NCBI GenBank assembly: GCA_946408355.1
Contig: CAMJRX010000005.1
Span: 11,568-75,567, forward strand
Direction of reading: 5' to 3'
DNA length: 64,000 nucleotides
Source: an uncultured Selenomonadales bacterium
GTDB lineage: Bacteria > Bacillota > Negativicutes > Selenomonadales > Selenomonadaceae
This document shows positions 1-11,567 of this stretch, piece after piece; position 1 is the stretch's first letter, and each line of letters opens with the position of its first letter. The position numbers were made by a program, and so were the translations under genes. The notes under the pieces are model-generated. The model was not told the origin of the DNA. It saw nothing but the letters and a program-made list of their open reading frames with translations, and ran no database searches.

Positions 1-1
1 A

Positions 2-740
2 TTCCTTACCGACGCGGAAATTAATCGTCGATTTCAGTTTTTAGAGCAAAAGGCAACAACGCTAAGACAATATCTTGAACAAACATTCGACGCTGAATAT
101 CATCAAAAAAAAACTTTTTCGTAGCGTGCCGACATTGAGCACGACGAACTTCAAGAACTTTATCCGCTATCTAGTATGTTTTTTGTCTTATTGCGTTACA
201 GAACTTTTGTCAATGCGAACAACAAAAAATTCAAAGATAACATGAACAAAGGCAATAGCACCGTCTATTTGAATGTTCCTGAAATCGGTCGTATTGAACC
301 GCTCGAAACAAAAGACGTACTTGCGCGAATTCACAATGGAATAAATTCCGCCAAAAAAGAAATAGACATGTTGATTCCGTGGATGTACTGGGATAATATC
401 AGAGAAAATTTTCTCGAAGAATTTCGTTCCGCAATCAATCGTAATGTCACGATAAAAATTCATTACGGTTATCAAAAATCCAATTACGATGATACCAATA
501 CGGATAGCGATTTAGCCGCCGAAATGTTGATTAACGAACTTGGGTATCGATAAAATTCGATTCTTTCGCGAAGAAGACTACGGGAATCACGGGAAAATTT
601 TTATTTGCGACGATGAATATTGTGTTATAGGTAGTTTTAATTTCCTTTCAAATCGTGGTAAAACCAACGAAGAAGAGGCAGTGATTATTTATGACGAAAA
701 AACTTTATTGTACTATCGCGCAAAACTTTTCTATTTTTGA
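2..740 (+). pseudogene. PLD-family (HKD motif) nuclease-like gene, disrupted; 5' end lies outside the window
   Basis: Frame 2 is open from nt 2 to 553 except for one in-frame TAG at 122-124. A 1-nt frame change between about 531 and 553 continues into the 540-740 ORF. That ORF carries NHGKIFICDDEYCVIGSFNFLS (HxKx4D...GSxN), the phospholipase-D/Nuc-type HKD motif. Confidence 0.55.
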
Positions 741-749
741 TACGATACA

Positions 750-1520
750 ATGAACAACATATTTTTTAAAGACGAAAATTCTACGCTTTATTTTGCTAAT
801 TCGTTAGAGTTATTAGAAAGTTTTTCAGCCGAATTTGTCGATGTGATTTTTGCCGACCCGCCATATTTCCTGTCAAACGGTGGCATAACTTGCAAAGGCG
901 GTAAAATGACTTCGGTAAACAAAGGCAAATGGGATAAACTTTCTACGCTTGAGGATAAGCACGAATTTAATCGACGCTGGATTAGCCTTTGCAAAAAAAT
1001 TCTCAAGCCGAACGGAACGATTTGGATTAGCGGGACGCTCCACAACATTTATTCGGTTGGCATGGCTCTTGAGCAAGAGGGTTTCAAAATTATTAACAAT
1101 ATCACGTGGCAAAAGACTAATCCGCCGCCAAATTTGTCTTGCAAATATTTTACGCACAGCACCGAGACGATTCTTTGGGCAAAAAAAAATGCTAACGCTA
1201 AGCATTTTTTCAACTACGAGCTTATGAAAGAACTGAACGGCGGCAAGCAAATGAAAGACGTTTGGGAGGGAGCTTTGACGCCCCAACGCGAAAAAATTTT
1301 CGGCAAGCACCCGACGCAAAAGCCGCTTTACTTGTTGAAAAAAATTTTGCTGTCGTCCACTCGTGAGGGCGATTTAGTTTTAGACCCGTTCTGCGGTTCG
1401 GGCACGACGGGCGTCGCTTGCAAATTTTTGGGAAGAAAATTTATCGGGATTGACAACGACCGCGACTTCATTGCACTTGCTAAGGAAAGGTTGATACGCG
1501 CTGATGAGCAGAAACTTTGA
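750..1520 (+). CDS. Beta-class N6-adenine/N4-cytosine DNA methyltransferase (DpnA / M.MboI-like)
   Basis: FADPPYF (motif IV) lies N-terminal to DPFCGSGTTG (motif I), which is the beta-class order. The stop overlaps the next ORF by 17 nt. Confidence 0.85.
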   Translation: MNNIFFKDENSTLYFANSLELLESFSAEFVDVIFADPPYFLSNGGITCKGGKMTSVNKGKWDKLSTLEDKHEFNRRWISLCKKILKPNGTIWISGTLHNIYSVGMALEQEGFKIINNITWQKTNPPPNLSCKYFTHSTETILWAKKNANAKHFFNYELMKELNGGKQMKDVWEGALTPQREKIFGKHPTQKPLYLLKKILLSSTREGDLVLDPFCGSGTTGVACKFLGRKFIGIDNDRDFIALAKERLIRADEQKL

Positions 1521-2343
1521 GGATTGGCTTAAAACTTTTCGCGCCTCGATTAACGATTACGATTATTACACCGACTTTGCAAAGGTTTACGAAAATGCCG
1601 AGCGACTCAAGCCTGAAATTTATCTTTTGAATTCGCTGGTTGGTTCCAAAAATATTGAACGCGACTTTGAAAATCTTTTGGCAAAATACCCCGCGTGCTT
1701 GAAAGCAATTCCGATTCTTTTATCTGTCCGCGCAGAAGAAATTTTTTGTCGCGACGTGAATTATCGTTTCGACAAGCCGGCACAATCTGTTGAGCAATAT
1801 AAATATTTCATGCGGGCGACTGGACTTTTCGACTTGTTGCAGAATCATATTATTGCCAATTTGTATGATTACGTGACGGGCATTGAAGTCGGACTAGATT
1901 CAAACGGCAGGAAAAATCGCGACGGTCATCAAATGGAAAATCTCGTAGAAAAATTTTTGATTGAAGCGGTCGTTACTTATCATAAGGAAATGTATCTTGC
2001 TGACGTGGAAAAGATTTTCGAGCTTGACTTGTCTACAATTTCCGCTGAGGGAACTTCAACCAAGCGTTTTGATTTTGTCGTTAAGAATTCCAACAACGTT
2101 TTTGGTATCGAAACGAATTTTTATGCAAGCGGCGGTTCCAAACTCAACGAAACGGCGCGTAGTTATAAAATGCTTGCAGAGGAGTCCAAAAATATTAGCG
2201 GCTTTAAATTCGTTTGGATAACCGACGGCAACGGTTGGAAATCTGCGCGAAAAAATTTAAAAGAAACTTTTCTCGTTCTCAACACATTGTATAACATTAA
2301 AGACTTAGAGAACGGAATTTTTCGGGAGCTTTTCAATGATTGA
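1504..2343 (+). CDS. Type II restriction endonuclease, DpnII/MboI-like (probable GATC specificity)
   Basis: 279 aa. The N-terminus FEDWLKTF..INDYDYYTDF..LNSLVG and the size and layout match my recollection of the DpnII family. It is translationally coupled to the methylase. Confidence 0.7.
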   Translation: MSRNFEDWLKTFRASINDYDYYTDFAKVYENAERLKPEIYLLNSLVGSKNIERDFENLLAKYPACLKAIPILLSVRAEEIFCRDVNYRFDKPAQSVEQYKYFMRATGLFDLLQNHIIANLYDYVTGIEVGLDSNGRKNRDGHQMENLVEKFLIEAVVTYHKEMYLADVEKIFELDLSTISAEGTSTKRFDFVVKNSNNVFGIETNFYASGGSKLNETARSYKMLAEESKNISGFKFVWITDGNGWKSARKNLKETFLVLNTLYNIKDLENGIFRELFND

Positions 2344-3067
2344 ACGAGTAGAAATTTTAGGCGTGAAGGTTGACGCGGTGACAATGGCTCAAGCTGTCGA
2401 GCGCGTGGTAAATTTAATCGAGGAAAAAAATCCGTCGATAATCGCAACTGCCAATGCCGAAATGCTTTTGAACGCCACGCACGACGCTGAATTAAAAAAA
2501 ATTTTAAACGCGGCAAACTTAGTTGTACCTGACGGCGCAGGAACGGTTTGGGCGGCGCGTCACCTCGGAAAATTTATGCCGGAACGTGTCGCCGGTTTCG
2601 ACTTAGTTCAAGAGCTAATGAAGATTGCGCCTGCGCGGGATATAAAATTTTTCCTGTTCGGAGCCGCGCCCGGTATCGCCGATAAAGCCAAATTAAAAGC
2701 CGAATCACTTTATCCCGGCATAAAAATCATCGGAACGCGCGACGGTTACTTTAAAGCCGCCGATGAGCCGGAAATTATTTCGCAGATAAAAAATTCCCGC
2801 GCAGATATTTTATTGGCGGCATTGGGCGTACCTAAGCAGGAAAAATGGCTATTCAAATACAAAGACGAACTTAAAATTCCCGTGTCAATCGGCGTTGGCG
2901 GAACTTTCGACGTAATGGCGGGTGTCGTCAAGCGTGCGCCGTTATGGATGCAAAAAGCTCGTCTCGAATGGCTTTTCCGCGCAATGTTGCAACCCAGCCG
3001 CGCAGGAAGATTACTCGCCTTGCCGAAATTCGTTTGGAAAGTTCATAAACAAAAAGTCACCAGTTAA
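2336..3067 (+). CDS. WecG/TagA/CpsF-family glycosyltransferase (N-acetylmannosaminyltransferase-like)
   Basis: Family-typical pattern: ILGVKVD..IATANAEML..LVVPDGAGTVWAAR..LGVPKQEKW. The start overlaps the endonuclease stop by 8 nt. Confidence 0.8.
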   Translation: MIERVEILGVKVDAVTMAQAVERVVNLIEEKNPSIIATANAEMLLNATHDAELKKILNAANLVVPDGAGTVWAARHLGKFMPERVAGFDLVQELMKIAPARDIKFFLFGAAPGIADKAKLKAESLYPGIKIIGTRDGYFKAADEPEIISQIKNSRADILLAALGVPKQEKWLFKYKDELKIPVSIGVGGTFDVMAGVVKRAPLWMQKARLEWLFRAMLQPSRAGRLLALPKFVWKVHKQKVTS

Positions 3068-3186
3068 AATTATCGAATCTAGCAATGCGCAGCGTTGCGT
3101 ATGGACGCGGCGACAAAATCTAAATTGTCGACACGGCAAATCGCGACCGCTGTTTGCTACTTTTTAAAAGTAGGAGCGTGAAAAAC

Positions 3187-3816
3187 TTGAGTATAATCAA
3201 AGAAGGCTTTTATTTCGCGGGCGTCGCGCTCCTTATCGCGCTTTTTTTGGGCGTGCTGATAAGTCCCTACGCCGCGATTTTGCCCGCCGTCCTCGCTTGT
3301 TACTGCATTTATTTTTTCCGTAATCCCGAACGAAAAATTCCCGCCGACGAAAATTTAATAGTCTCGCCCGCTGACGGCACTGTCCAAGATGTGGTAGAAC
3401 TCGACGGCGACGACTTTGTTAAATCACCCTGTTGCCGCAAGGTTATAATCTTTTTGTCGGTTTTTGATGTCCACGTCAACCGCAGTCCCATTGCCGGCGA
3501 AATTAAAATTCAAAAATACATTTGCGGCAGATTTCGCCCCGCCTATAAAGATTCAGTCGGTTTTGAAAACGAACGGCATTTAATCGGCATTGAAAACGAC
3601 AAACTCCGCGTGACAGTCACTCAAGTTGCAGGGATTTTGGCGCGGCGAATTGTCAGCTGGGTCACACTCGACGATAAACTTGAGAAGGGCGAACTTTACG
3701 GCTTGATTCGTTTTGGTTCGTGTACGGAAATTGTTGTGCCCGATAACGTCGAAGTTTTGGTTAAGAAGGGCGATAAAGTGCATGGCGGCGAATCAATTAT
3801 CGGAAAAATAAAGTGA
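3187..3816 (+). CDS. psd: Phosphatidylserine decarboxylase proenzyme (short form)
   Basis: FLSVFDVHVNRSP and the C-terminal FGSCTEI (GS self-cleavage site). I chose the TTG start at 3187, 10 nt after AGGAG (3172-3176). The ORF-track start 3154 or GTG 3178 are alternatives. Confidence 0.8.
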   Translation: MSIIKEGFYFAGVALLIALFLGVLISPYAAILPAVLACYCIYFFRNPERKIPADENLIVSPADGTVQDVVELDGDDFVKSPCCRKVIIFLSVFDVHVNRSPIAGEIKIQKYICGRFRPAYKDSVGFENERHLIGIENDKLRVTVTQVAGILARRIVSWVTLDDKLEKGELYGLIRFGSCTEIVVPDNVEVLVKKGDKVHGGESIIGKIK

Positions 3817-3826
3817 GGTGGCGGCA

Positions 3827-4528
3827 ATGAAATGGATACTGCCAAACGCTTGCACGGCGGCAAATTTATTCTTCGGAATGTGTTCGATACTGGCGACGTA
3901 TGAGGGGAATTTTTTCAACGCGTCGATTTTTATTCTGCTCGCGCTGATAGCCGACGGTATGGACGGACGAGTTGCCCGCGCCTTAAATGCCGCTTCGGAA
4001 CTGGGCAAGGAAATGGATTCGCTGTGCGACTTAGGCTCGTTCGGAGTGGCTCCCGCGTTTTTGGCGTATGCTTTCTGTATGCACAATTACGGACTACTCG
4101 GCAAGGCGGCGGCGATAATTTTCGCGTTGTGCGGTATGTGGCGGCTCGCAAGATTCAATGTCAATACAAATGTTGTGCACGGATTTTTTATGGGGCTGGC
4201 AATTCCGGCGGGCGGTTGCATTGTCGCGACGACGACGCTTTTATTTTTGGCAATGGGAATTAAGCCTGAAGAATTCGGGCTTGTCTATCCAATAACAGTT
4301 ATAATCGTTGCTTATTTAATGGTTAGTCACGTGCATTATCCCGACTTCAAAGGTGACGGCGAAAAAATTTTCCTCGTTGCCAAAATTTTCGCGGCGGCAA
4401 TGTTCGCGGGAATAATTTACTTGACAAAAGAATTTCCCGTTCAAGGAGTATTGACGGCAATTTTCTCAACGTATGCAGTTTTTGGTATCGTAAATTCACT
4501 TTTTGCTTTGATGACACGCTCCCGATAA
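3827..4528 (+). CDS. pssA: CDP-diacylglycerol--serine O-phosphatidyltransferase
   Basis: CDP-alcohol phosphatidyltransferase motif DGMDGRVAR..G..MDSLCD and multiple transmembrane segments. ATG 3827 follows GAGGTG. Confidence 0.8.
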   Translation: MKWILPNACTAANLFFGMCSILATYEGNFFNASIFILLALIADGMDGRVARALNAASELGKEMDSLCDLGSFGVAPAFLAYAFCMHNYGLLGKAAAIIFALCGMWRLARFNVNTNVVHGFFMGLAIPAGGCIVATTTLLFLAMGIKPEEFGLVYPITVIIVAYLMVSHVHYPDFKGDGEKIFLVAKIFAAAMFAGIIYLTKEFPVQGVLTAIFSTYAVFGIVNSLFALMTRSR

Positions 4529-4552
4529 ATGAAAAAATTTTTAGAAAATATC

Positions 4553-4580
4553 TTGCAAACTGCGCCCAAAATGATATAAT
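4553..4580 (+). promoter_or_regulatory. Sigma70-like promoter upstream of eno
   Basis: TTGCAA (4553-4558), a 16-nt spacer, then TATAAT (4575-4580). Confidence 0.5.
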
Positions 4581-4599
4581 GCGCTGTAGTTAATTTTAA

Positions 4600-5964
<1,365 letters not shown>

Positions 5965-6000
5965 TCCATCGGCAATAATTTAACAACTGGTAAAATTAAA

Positions 6001-6031
6001 GGCACCTCCTCAATTCGGGGAAGTGCCTTTT
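6001..6031. terminator. Hairpin plus T-run between the convergent eno and diguanylate cyclase genes
   Basis: ggcacctcc..ggaagtgcc stem followed by ttttt, with an A-rich run upstream, so it is possibly bidirectional. Confidence 0.55.
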
Positions 6032-6045
6032 TCGTCGTTTTATGT

Positions 6046-7992
6046 TTATGTCCTCGCGGCTTTCATTGCCAATTTGTTTTCGTACATTTCTTTATCTGCC
6101 CGCTTGAAAACTTCATCAGCATTTTTATCTTTGTCAGGATCGTAAATTGCAACGCCGACCGCCGCTGAAACTTTTTCCCACAAGGCAAGCGATTCATTGG
6201 AAAGTTTGTGCTCCATTTCGGATTTGAATTGCGCCACGAAATATTTGCTCAACGAAACTTTATCGTCCGCCAAAATTACAACGAATTCATCACCGCCAAC
6301 ACGATAAACATTTTCCGCACCGAATACCGCACAAGTTAGACGGCAAGCATTTTTTAGATAAGTGTTGCCGATTTCATGCCCGTAAGTGTCGTTGACGCGC
6401 TTAAGATAGTTCACGTCAACCATAACGATACAAAATTCCGCCTCGCCTGCGGTAATTTTTTTATCCAGCTCGGCAATCTTTTCAACGTAGGAAGTTTTAT
6501 TTTTAACGCCCGTCAACGAATCTCTATGCGCAATCTCGTCCATAGCGAAAACTTTACCAATCATGTCGGCGACTTGAACTTTTGCCCGTTGTAAATGCTC
6601 CAAGTATCTCAAAAAATTTTCTGTCGTCCTAAGCAAGGAGCGATATAAATTTTCTATCTCGTCGCCCGTTTTTATCTGCAAGCTCTTAATACGCTCAATA
6701 TTTTTCTCGCGAGCCGCCACGCTGTCATAAGAAAAATTTCGAGCACAATATGCTATCGTGTTGACCGGTAAAATAATATTGTTTTCTACAAACGCCCGAC
6801 CAATCGCGAAGATAAATATAAAACAGCCCGCGAATAATGCTAGCAATTTAATTATAAAAACGTGCGTGTACTCAAGGAGCATATCCATAGAAAAATCAAT
6901 CGCGACGTAACATTGACACCTGCCCGCGCCGTCGTAAACAGGCTTGTAAAGCGTAAGCAAATAGCCGTATTCATCGTCGGTAATTATCGGCGGAATGGGT
7001 CTGCCCGCAATTAAATCATCTTTATAAGGCAAAAGACTTTTATCCAACTCAACAACTTGTCCGGGTTTATCGCCTTCAAGCATTGCTGTATTTAAATCAA
7101 AGACAACGTGACAGCCGTCCTCTAAAATTCTGTAAACGTAAAGATAACGGGCGTCGGTGGCACTGTTTTTTATCGCGTAAAGTCTTTCTTCTATATCTTT
7201 GTAACCAGCCGCCTCGCGCCCGAATTTTATATAGTTGTCGACTTGATAAGGATTAATTTCGCTGACGGCAACAGTTACCATGCCGTCGACAGTTTTAATC
7301 CGCTCGTCAACTGCGGCGTCCTTAAACAGAAGATAACTTATCAGCGCGATTGAACTCGACGCGAAAAGCGAACTCAACATTAAAATTGCAAGCGTCTTTG
7401 TACGTAGCGACGCCGATAAATAACTTTCCTCGCTGACGACACGTTTCATTTCTTCAGACAGCGGAGCTTGTCTTTGTCCCAACTCGCGAAAACTTTTTTC
7501 AATCTGCGCGGGCGTCAACTTCAACAACAAGAATGCTAACAAGACTGAAAAACTTTTGTCGAATGCCTCTGTAAAAATATTTTCCGTAAAGTCCGTTCCG
7601 AAATCGTTAACTGACTTTAAAAAGTTCGTCGAGTTCAGAAAATCTGCAATTAATAAATCTAGCGTTCCCGCTACAAACGTAAGCGAAGGGACTATTATCA
7701 GCAACTTGCCAACGTTTTTGAAAAAACCTCTTCGCGCAAAAAATGTTGTGAACATCGCGATAAACACGTTGACGGAACAAAAATACATTTGCGACGGTTC
7801 GAAGAAAGCTTTAAGTAAATTTGTAAAAAAACCAACCGCAATACCCGGAGCATAGCCGCCCAACGCCGCGATAAAAATTGTTCCGCTCGTGTCCAGATAA
7901 ATTGACAAATCAAAAGTTTCCGCAATCAAAGAACCAAACAGATTTAAAACTAATCCGCCTATGCAAATTAAAATAAGTTTTCCGTCAGACAC
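6046..7992 (-). CDS. Membrane-bound diguanylate cyclase (GGDEF domain)
   Basis: C-terminal GGDEF domain (RVGGDEFVV, YLKRVNDTYGH). N-terminal multi-transmembrane region plus a second transmembrane-flanked sensor region. GTG start after AAGGAAG. Confidence 0.85.
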   Translation of the reverse strand: MSDGKLILICIGGLVLNLFGSLIAETFDLSIYLDTSGTIFIAALGGYAPGIAVGFFTNLLKAFFEPSQMYFCSVNVFIAMFTTFFARRGFFKNVGKLLIIVPSLTFVAGTLDLLIADFLNSTNFLKSVNDFGTDFTENIFTEAFDKSFSVLLAFLLLKLTPAQIEKSFRELGQRQAPLSEEMKRVVSEESYLSASLRTKTLAILMLSSLFASSSIALISYLLFKDAAVDERIKTVDGMVTVAVSEINPYQVDNYIKFGREAAGYKDIEERLYAIKNSATDARYLYVYRILEDGCHVVFDLNTAMLEGDKPGQVVELDKSLLPYKDDLIAGRPIPPIITDDEYGYLLTLYKPVYDGAGRCQCYVAIDFSMDMLLEYTHVFIIKLLALFAGCFIFIFAIGRAFVENNIILPVNTIAYCARNFSYDSVAAREKNIERIKSLQIKTGDEIENLYRSLLRTTENFLRYLEHLQRAKVQVADMIGKVFAMDEIAHRDSLTGVKNKTSYVEKIAELDKKITAGEAEFCIVMVDVNYLKRVNDTYGHEIGNTYLKNACRLTCAVFGAENVYRVGGDEFVVILADDKVSLSKYFVAQFKSEMEHKLSNESLALWEKVSAAVGVAIYDPDKDKNADEVFKRADKEMYENKLAMKAART

Positions 7993-8037
7993 TTAACGCG
8001 CTTCCTTATCAGAAAATTTTTTCTATTATAGCACTGG

Positions 8038-8334
8038 TTACGGGGTTTTTGAAAGTACTTTGGTTGCCGCGTTGACTTTGTCGGTTGCCTCTTCCATTTG
8101 TTTTTCTACTACGTTCAAATCTTCTACTTCTGGTACTTGTTCCACGTCAATTCCAGCCTTTTTGAGCACGGGGGCGGCGACTTCTTTTGTCTTGGCAAAT
8201 AATTTTTGTTTATAACTGTCAACTGTTCCAGGAACATTGGGAATGTCGGGTGCCGTGCTTGTCATGCTGTAGGCAACCAATGCCGTCGCCATAACGAGGA
8301 TTAACGCGAAGAACTCCAAAAACTTTTTAACCAT
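8038..8334 (-). CDS. Small secreted or membrane-anchored hypothetical protein
   Basis: 98 aa with an N-terminal hydrophobic segment. Strong SD (GGGGGAG) before the ATG. Confidence 0.5.
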   Translation of the reverse strand: MVKKFLEFFALILVMATALVAYSMTSTAPDIPNVPGTVDSYKQKLFAKTKEVAAPVLKKAGIDVEQVPEVEDLNVVEKQMEEATDKVNAATKVLSKTP

Positions 8335-8354
8335 TTAAATCTCCCCCTAAGTTT

Positions 8355-9428
8355 CTAAGACAAAAACTCTTTTGCTGTATCGTCTAAACCTAAAATATTT
8401 CCCGCGTAATCAACTAAAATTGTTCCGACCTTCAACTCGCCGTAAACATAGCGTTCAGCGCGAAGACTTGCACGCGCCGCAATTTTTTTATATACACGCT
8501 CCAAATTGTTCGCCGAAATAATTTGCGCGGCGTCTTCAGTGGTGTTAGCGTCGAGGATTTTTTGAACTTCGCCCGCCGATAAACCTTCCGCCGCCGAATA
8601 AGCCGCTAAAGTTTCCAATCTGCAATCGGCAACGCGATTGTGCGTATGAAAAACTCCCGCCGCAACTTTAGCCAACTTTCCAAGATGTCCACACAAAATT
8701 ATTTGCTTAACTTGTCGCTCAACCGCCGCCTCCAACATAAAGCCTATAAAATTACTCGTCTGAATTATCGCGCCGTCAGCAAAACCAAATTTTTTTGCAA
8801 TCATCTCGCCGATTTTGCCCGGTACAAAAATTAACGTGTCAAAGCCCGCCGCCTTTGCTACGTCAATTTGTGGAACAAGTGAATTTTTAAAAGCCTCCTC
8901 GCTCATGGGGCGCAATACCCCCGTCGTGCCGATTATCGATAAACCGCCCTCGACGCCCAAAATCGGATTTAAAGTTTTCTTTGCAAGTTCGACGCCATCA
9001 GGAATTGAAATTTCCACTTCAAGCCCGCCGATTTTAAATTCTTCCGCGACATTTTTTATAAGTTGACGCGGCGCAGGATTAATCGCAGGTTCACCGACGG
9101 AAAGTTGAAGTCCAGTTTTTGTAATTTTCCCAACTCCTAAACCTGCGCGGAAAATAATTTCATTACCGGAAATGCGGCGCACCGTTGTAAAAATTGATAC
9201 ACCGTTGGTAATGTCAGGGTCGTCGCCAGAAAATTTTATGACTTCTGCGCGGACACCTTCAGATATTTTTTCGACACTTTTAACGGGAATTTTTAAAGGC
9301 GTGTCGTCAAGCGCAATGATTTCCACGTCGTCGACAATTTCGCCAGTCGTCATAAGAATCAACGCCGCCTTAACACCCGCCGCCGCGCAGGCTCCCGTTG
9401 TATAGCCACTACGCAAAAATTTTTTCAC
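8355..9428 (-). CDS. cbiD: Cobalt-precorrin-5B (C1)-methyltransferase
   Basis: N-terminal LRSGYTTGACAAA, with length and pattern typical of CbiD. No other cob/cbi genes are nearby. Confidence 0.85.
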   Translation of the reverse strand: MKKFLRSGYTTGACAAAGVKAALILMTTGEIVDDVEIIALDDTPLKIPVKSVEKISEGVRAEVIKFSGDDPDITNGVSIFTTVRRISGNEIIFRAGLGVGKITKTGLQLSVGEPAINPAPRQLIKNVAEEFKIGGLEVEISIPDGVELAKKTLNPILGVEGGLSIIGTTGVLRPMSEEAFKNSLVPQIDVAKAAGFDTLIFVPGKIGEMIAKKFGFADGAIIQTSNFIGFMLEAAVERQVKQIILCGHLGKLAKVAAGVFHTHNRVADCRLETLAAYSAAEGLSAGEVQKILDANTTEDAAQIISANNLERVYKKIAARASLRAERYVYGELKVGTILVDYAGNILGLDDTAKEFLS

Positions 9429-9778
9429 GCCGCACCTTTCGATGTAGGAAATTTCTCGGCAAGCATTTTCCTATAAGCGTCGGTGTCAGCCTTTATAAGT
9501 ATTACGAATGCGCTAGTAGAAAATTCATCGGGTTCGGCTTTAATTTGGTCAATCGGCGTCGGCTTAACGATTCTGTTGTTCATTGAAAAATCCAACTTCC
9601 CCGATTTGAAATCTTCATAAGTAACCAACATACTCGCAAGCACATCTTCCGCCATTTCTATAGCCTCGTAGAGGGATTTTGCGTCAGTGAAAGCACCTTC
9701 AACATCAGGGAAATTAATATACCAAAGTTCTTTTGTCTCTTTTGCTCTGCTGATAATTGCAGGATAAACGTATTTCAT
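9425..9778 (-). CDS. HicB-like (RNase H-fold antitoxin family) protein, with no adjacent HicA
   Basis: The N-terminus YPAII...WYINFPDVEGAFTDAKSLYEAIEMAEDVLA resembles the HicB antitoxin N-domain. Confidence 0.55.
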   Translation of the reverse strand: MKYVYPAIISRAKETKELWYINFPDVEGAFTDAKSLYEAIEMAEDVLASMLVTYEDFKSGKLDFSMNNRIVKPTPIDQIKAEPDEFSTSAFVILIKADTDAYRKMLAEKFPTSKGAA

Positions 9779-9790
9779 AAAAATTCCTCC

Positions 9791-10810
9791 TCAACGATTG
9801 TCGTACATTTTGGCGTAATAATTTTTATACTCGCCGCTGATAATTTTTTCCCACCAAGCGCGATTGTCCAGATACCACGCGACAGTTTTCTTTATTCCGT
9901 CGTCGAATTTAGTTTGTGGCGTCCAACCCAACTCGTTTGAAATTTTCGTCGGGTCAATGGCGTAGCGTTGGTCGTGCCCTTTCCTGTCAGTTACGAATTC
10001 GATTAAGTCCTCGCTCTTGCCAAGAATTTTAAGGATTGTTTTTACAACGTCCAAATTTGTGCGTTCGTTGTGCCCGCCGATATTGTAGACTTCCCCAACG
10101 GTTCCTTTGCGAATAATTAAATCAATCGCCGCGCAGTGATCCTCAACGTAAAGCCAATCGCGAACATTAATTCCTTTGCCGTAGACGGGCAACTTTTTAT
10201 CGTGGAGTGCATTAATAATCATGAGCGGAATTAATTTTTCGGGGAAGTGATAAGGTCCATAATTGTTGGAACAACGGCTAATCGTCGCTGGGATTTTATA
10301 CGTCCGTTGATAAGCTTGTACGAGCAAATCTGCGGCGGCTTTACTGGCGGAGTAAGGGCTTGACGTGTGCAAATTTGTCGTCTCCGTAAAAAATAAGTCA
10401 GGGCGGTCAAGCGGCAAGTCGCCGTAAACTTCATCGGTTGAAACTTGATGAAAACGTTTAATACCAAATTTTCTGCAGGCGTCAAGTAAAACACTCGTTC
10501 CGATAATGTTCGTGCGCAAGAAAAGTTCGGGATCTTCGATTGAGCGGTCAACGTGACTTTCCGCCGCGAAATTTACTACAACATCGGGTTTTTCTTTCTC
10601 AAAAAGTTTATAAACATCCTCGCGGTCGGCAATGTCTCCACGAACGAATTTAAAATTTTTATTAGTCTGCGCGTCCGCTAAAGTCTCAAGATTGCCGGCG
10701 TAAGTTAATTTATCCAAGCAAATAATTTTGTCGTCAGCATGATTCTTAAGCTCGTAATAAACAAAATTGCTACCGATAAAACCTGCGCCGCCCGTTACAA
10801 TAATAGTCAT
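9791..10810 (-). CDS. rfbB: dTDP-glucose 4,6-dehydratase
   Basis: GGAGFIGSN Rossmann motif, YSASKAA catalytic motif, and RfbB-like sequence throughout. Confidence 0.92.
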   Translation of the reverse strand: MTIIVTGGAGFIGSNFVYYELKNHADDKIICLDKLTYAGNLETLADAQTNKNFKFVRGDIADREDVYKLFEKEKPDVVVNFAAESHVDRSIEDPELFLRTNIIGTSVLLDACRKFGIKRFHQVSTDEVYGDLPLDRPDLFFTETTNLHTSSPYSASKAAADLLVQAYQRTYKIPATISRCSNNYGPYHFPEKLIPLMIINALHDKKLPVYGKGINVRDWLYVEDHCAAIDLIIRKGTVGEVYNIGGHNERTNLDVVKTILKILGKSEDLIEFVTDRKGHDQRYAIDPTKISNELGWTPQTKFDDGIKKTVAWYLDNRAWWEKIISGEYKNYYAKMYDNR

Positions 10811-10960
10811 GAAAATTTCCCTCCAAAATTTTTTCTAATGATAACAAAAAAAATCCTTCGCGACAATGATATTTCCATTGCAAAAGATTAAAATTTGCAA
10901 AAACAAAATCCCCCGGATTGAACCGTAGGGATTATGCTTGATTTCATTTTTATTTACACG

Positions 10961-11314
10961 TCAAATATTTTCCTTAGCAATGGCAACGAGCTTTTCAAAA
11001 GCCGCCGCGTCGTTTACTGCAAGTTCTGCCATCATTTTTCTATCGACGGCAACGCCCGCCTTAGTCAAGCCGCAAATTAATTTACTGTAAGAAATGCCGC
11101 TTAGACGAGCCGCCGCATTGATACGAGCAATCCACAGGCGACGGAATTCGCGCTTTTTAACTCTGCGGTCGCGGTGCGCGTATTGTCCCGCCTTCATGAT
11201 TGATTCGTTAGCTTTTTTAAATTGTTTACTCCTCGCGCCGCGATAACCTTTAGCGAGCTTGAGGATTTTTTTATGGCGTTTATGTGCTGTGACGCCGGTT
11301 TTTACTCTTGGCAA
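10961..11314 (-). CDS. rplT: 50S ribosomal protein L20
   Basis: [26 protein letters not shown]... Confidence 0.97.
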   Translation of the reverse strand: MPRVKTGVTAHKRHKKILKLAKGYRGARSKQFKKANESIMKAGQYAHRDRRVKKREFRRLWIARINAAARLSGISYSKLICGLTKAGVAVDRKMMAELAVNDAAAFEKLVAIAKENI

Positions 11315-11369
11315 GATAATCTCCTCCGTTCTTTAGGTTAAAGCTAATAGCTAACAGCTACCAGCTAAA

Positions 11370-11567
11370 TCATGCGTAGGGAAGCATTTTCCTCACGCGA
11401 GCGCGGTCTGCCGCTGAAGCAAGCGTCGCTTTGCGGAGATTTCTCTTGCGTTTACGAGTTTTCTTTTCCAAAATATGGCTTTTATATGCTTTGTTGCGCT
11501 TGAATTCGCCGCTACCAGTCAAGTGGAAACGTTTAGCTGCTGCGCGATGCGTCTTGATTTTGGGCAC
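11370..11567 (-). CDS. rpmI: 50S ribosomal protein L35
   Basis: [14 protein letters not shown].. 65 aa. Confidence 0.95.
   Translation of the reverse strand: MPKIKTHRAAAKRFHLTGSGEFKRNKAYKSHILEKKTRKRKRNLRKATLASAADRARVRKMLPYA

Noticed and set aside
122-124. In-frame TAG as programmed recoding (pyrrolysine or readthrough)
   Set aside because: The same gene also carries a frameshift near 531-553. There is no pyl context in the window. Simple gene decay is the more parsimonious explanation.
11315-11369. Reiterated agcta motifs (aaagctaatagctaacagctaccagctaaat) between rpmI and rplT
   Set aside because: This is a short low-complexity spacer. I could see no convincing structure or function, and it may simply be the rplT translational coupling region.
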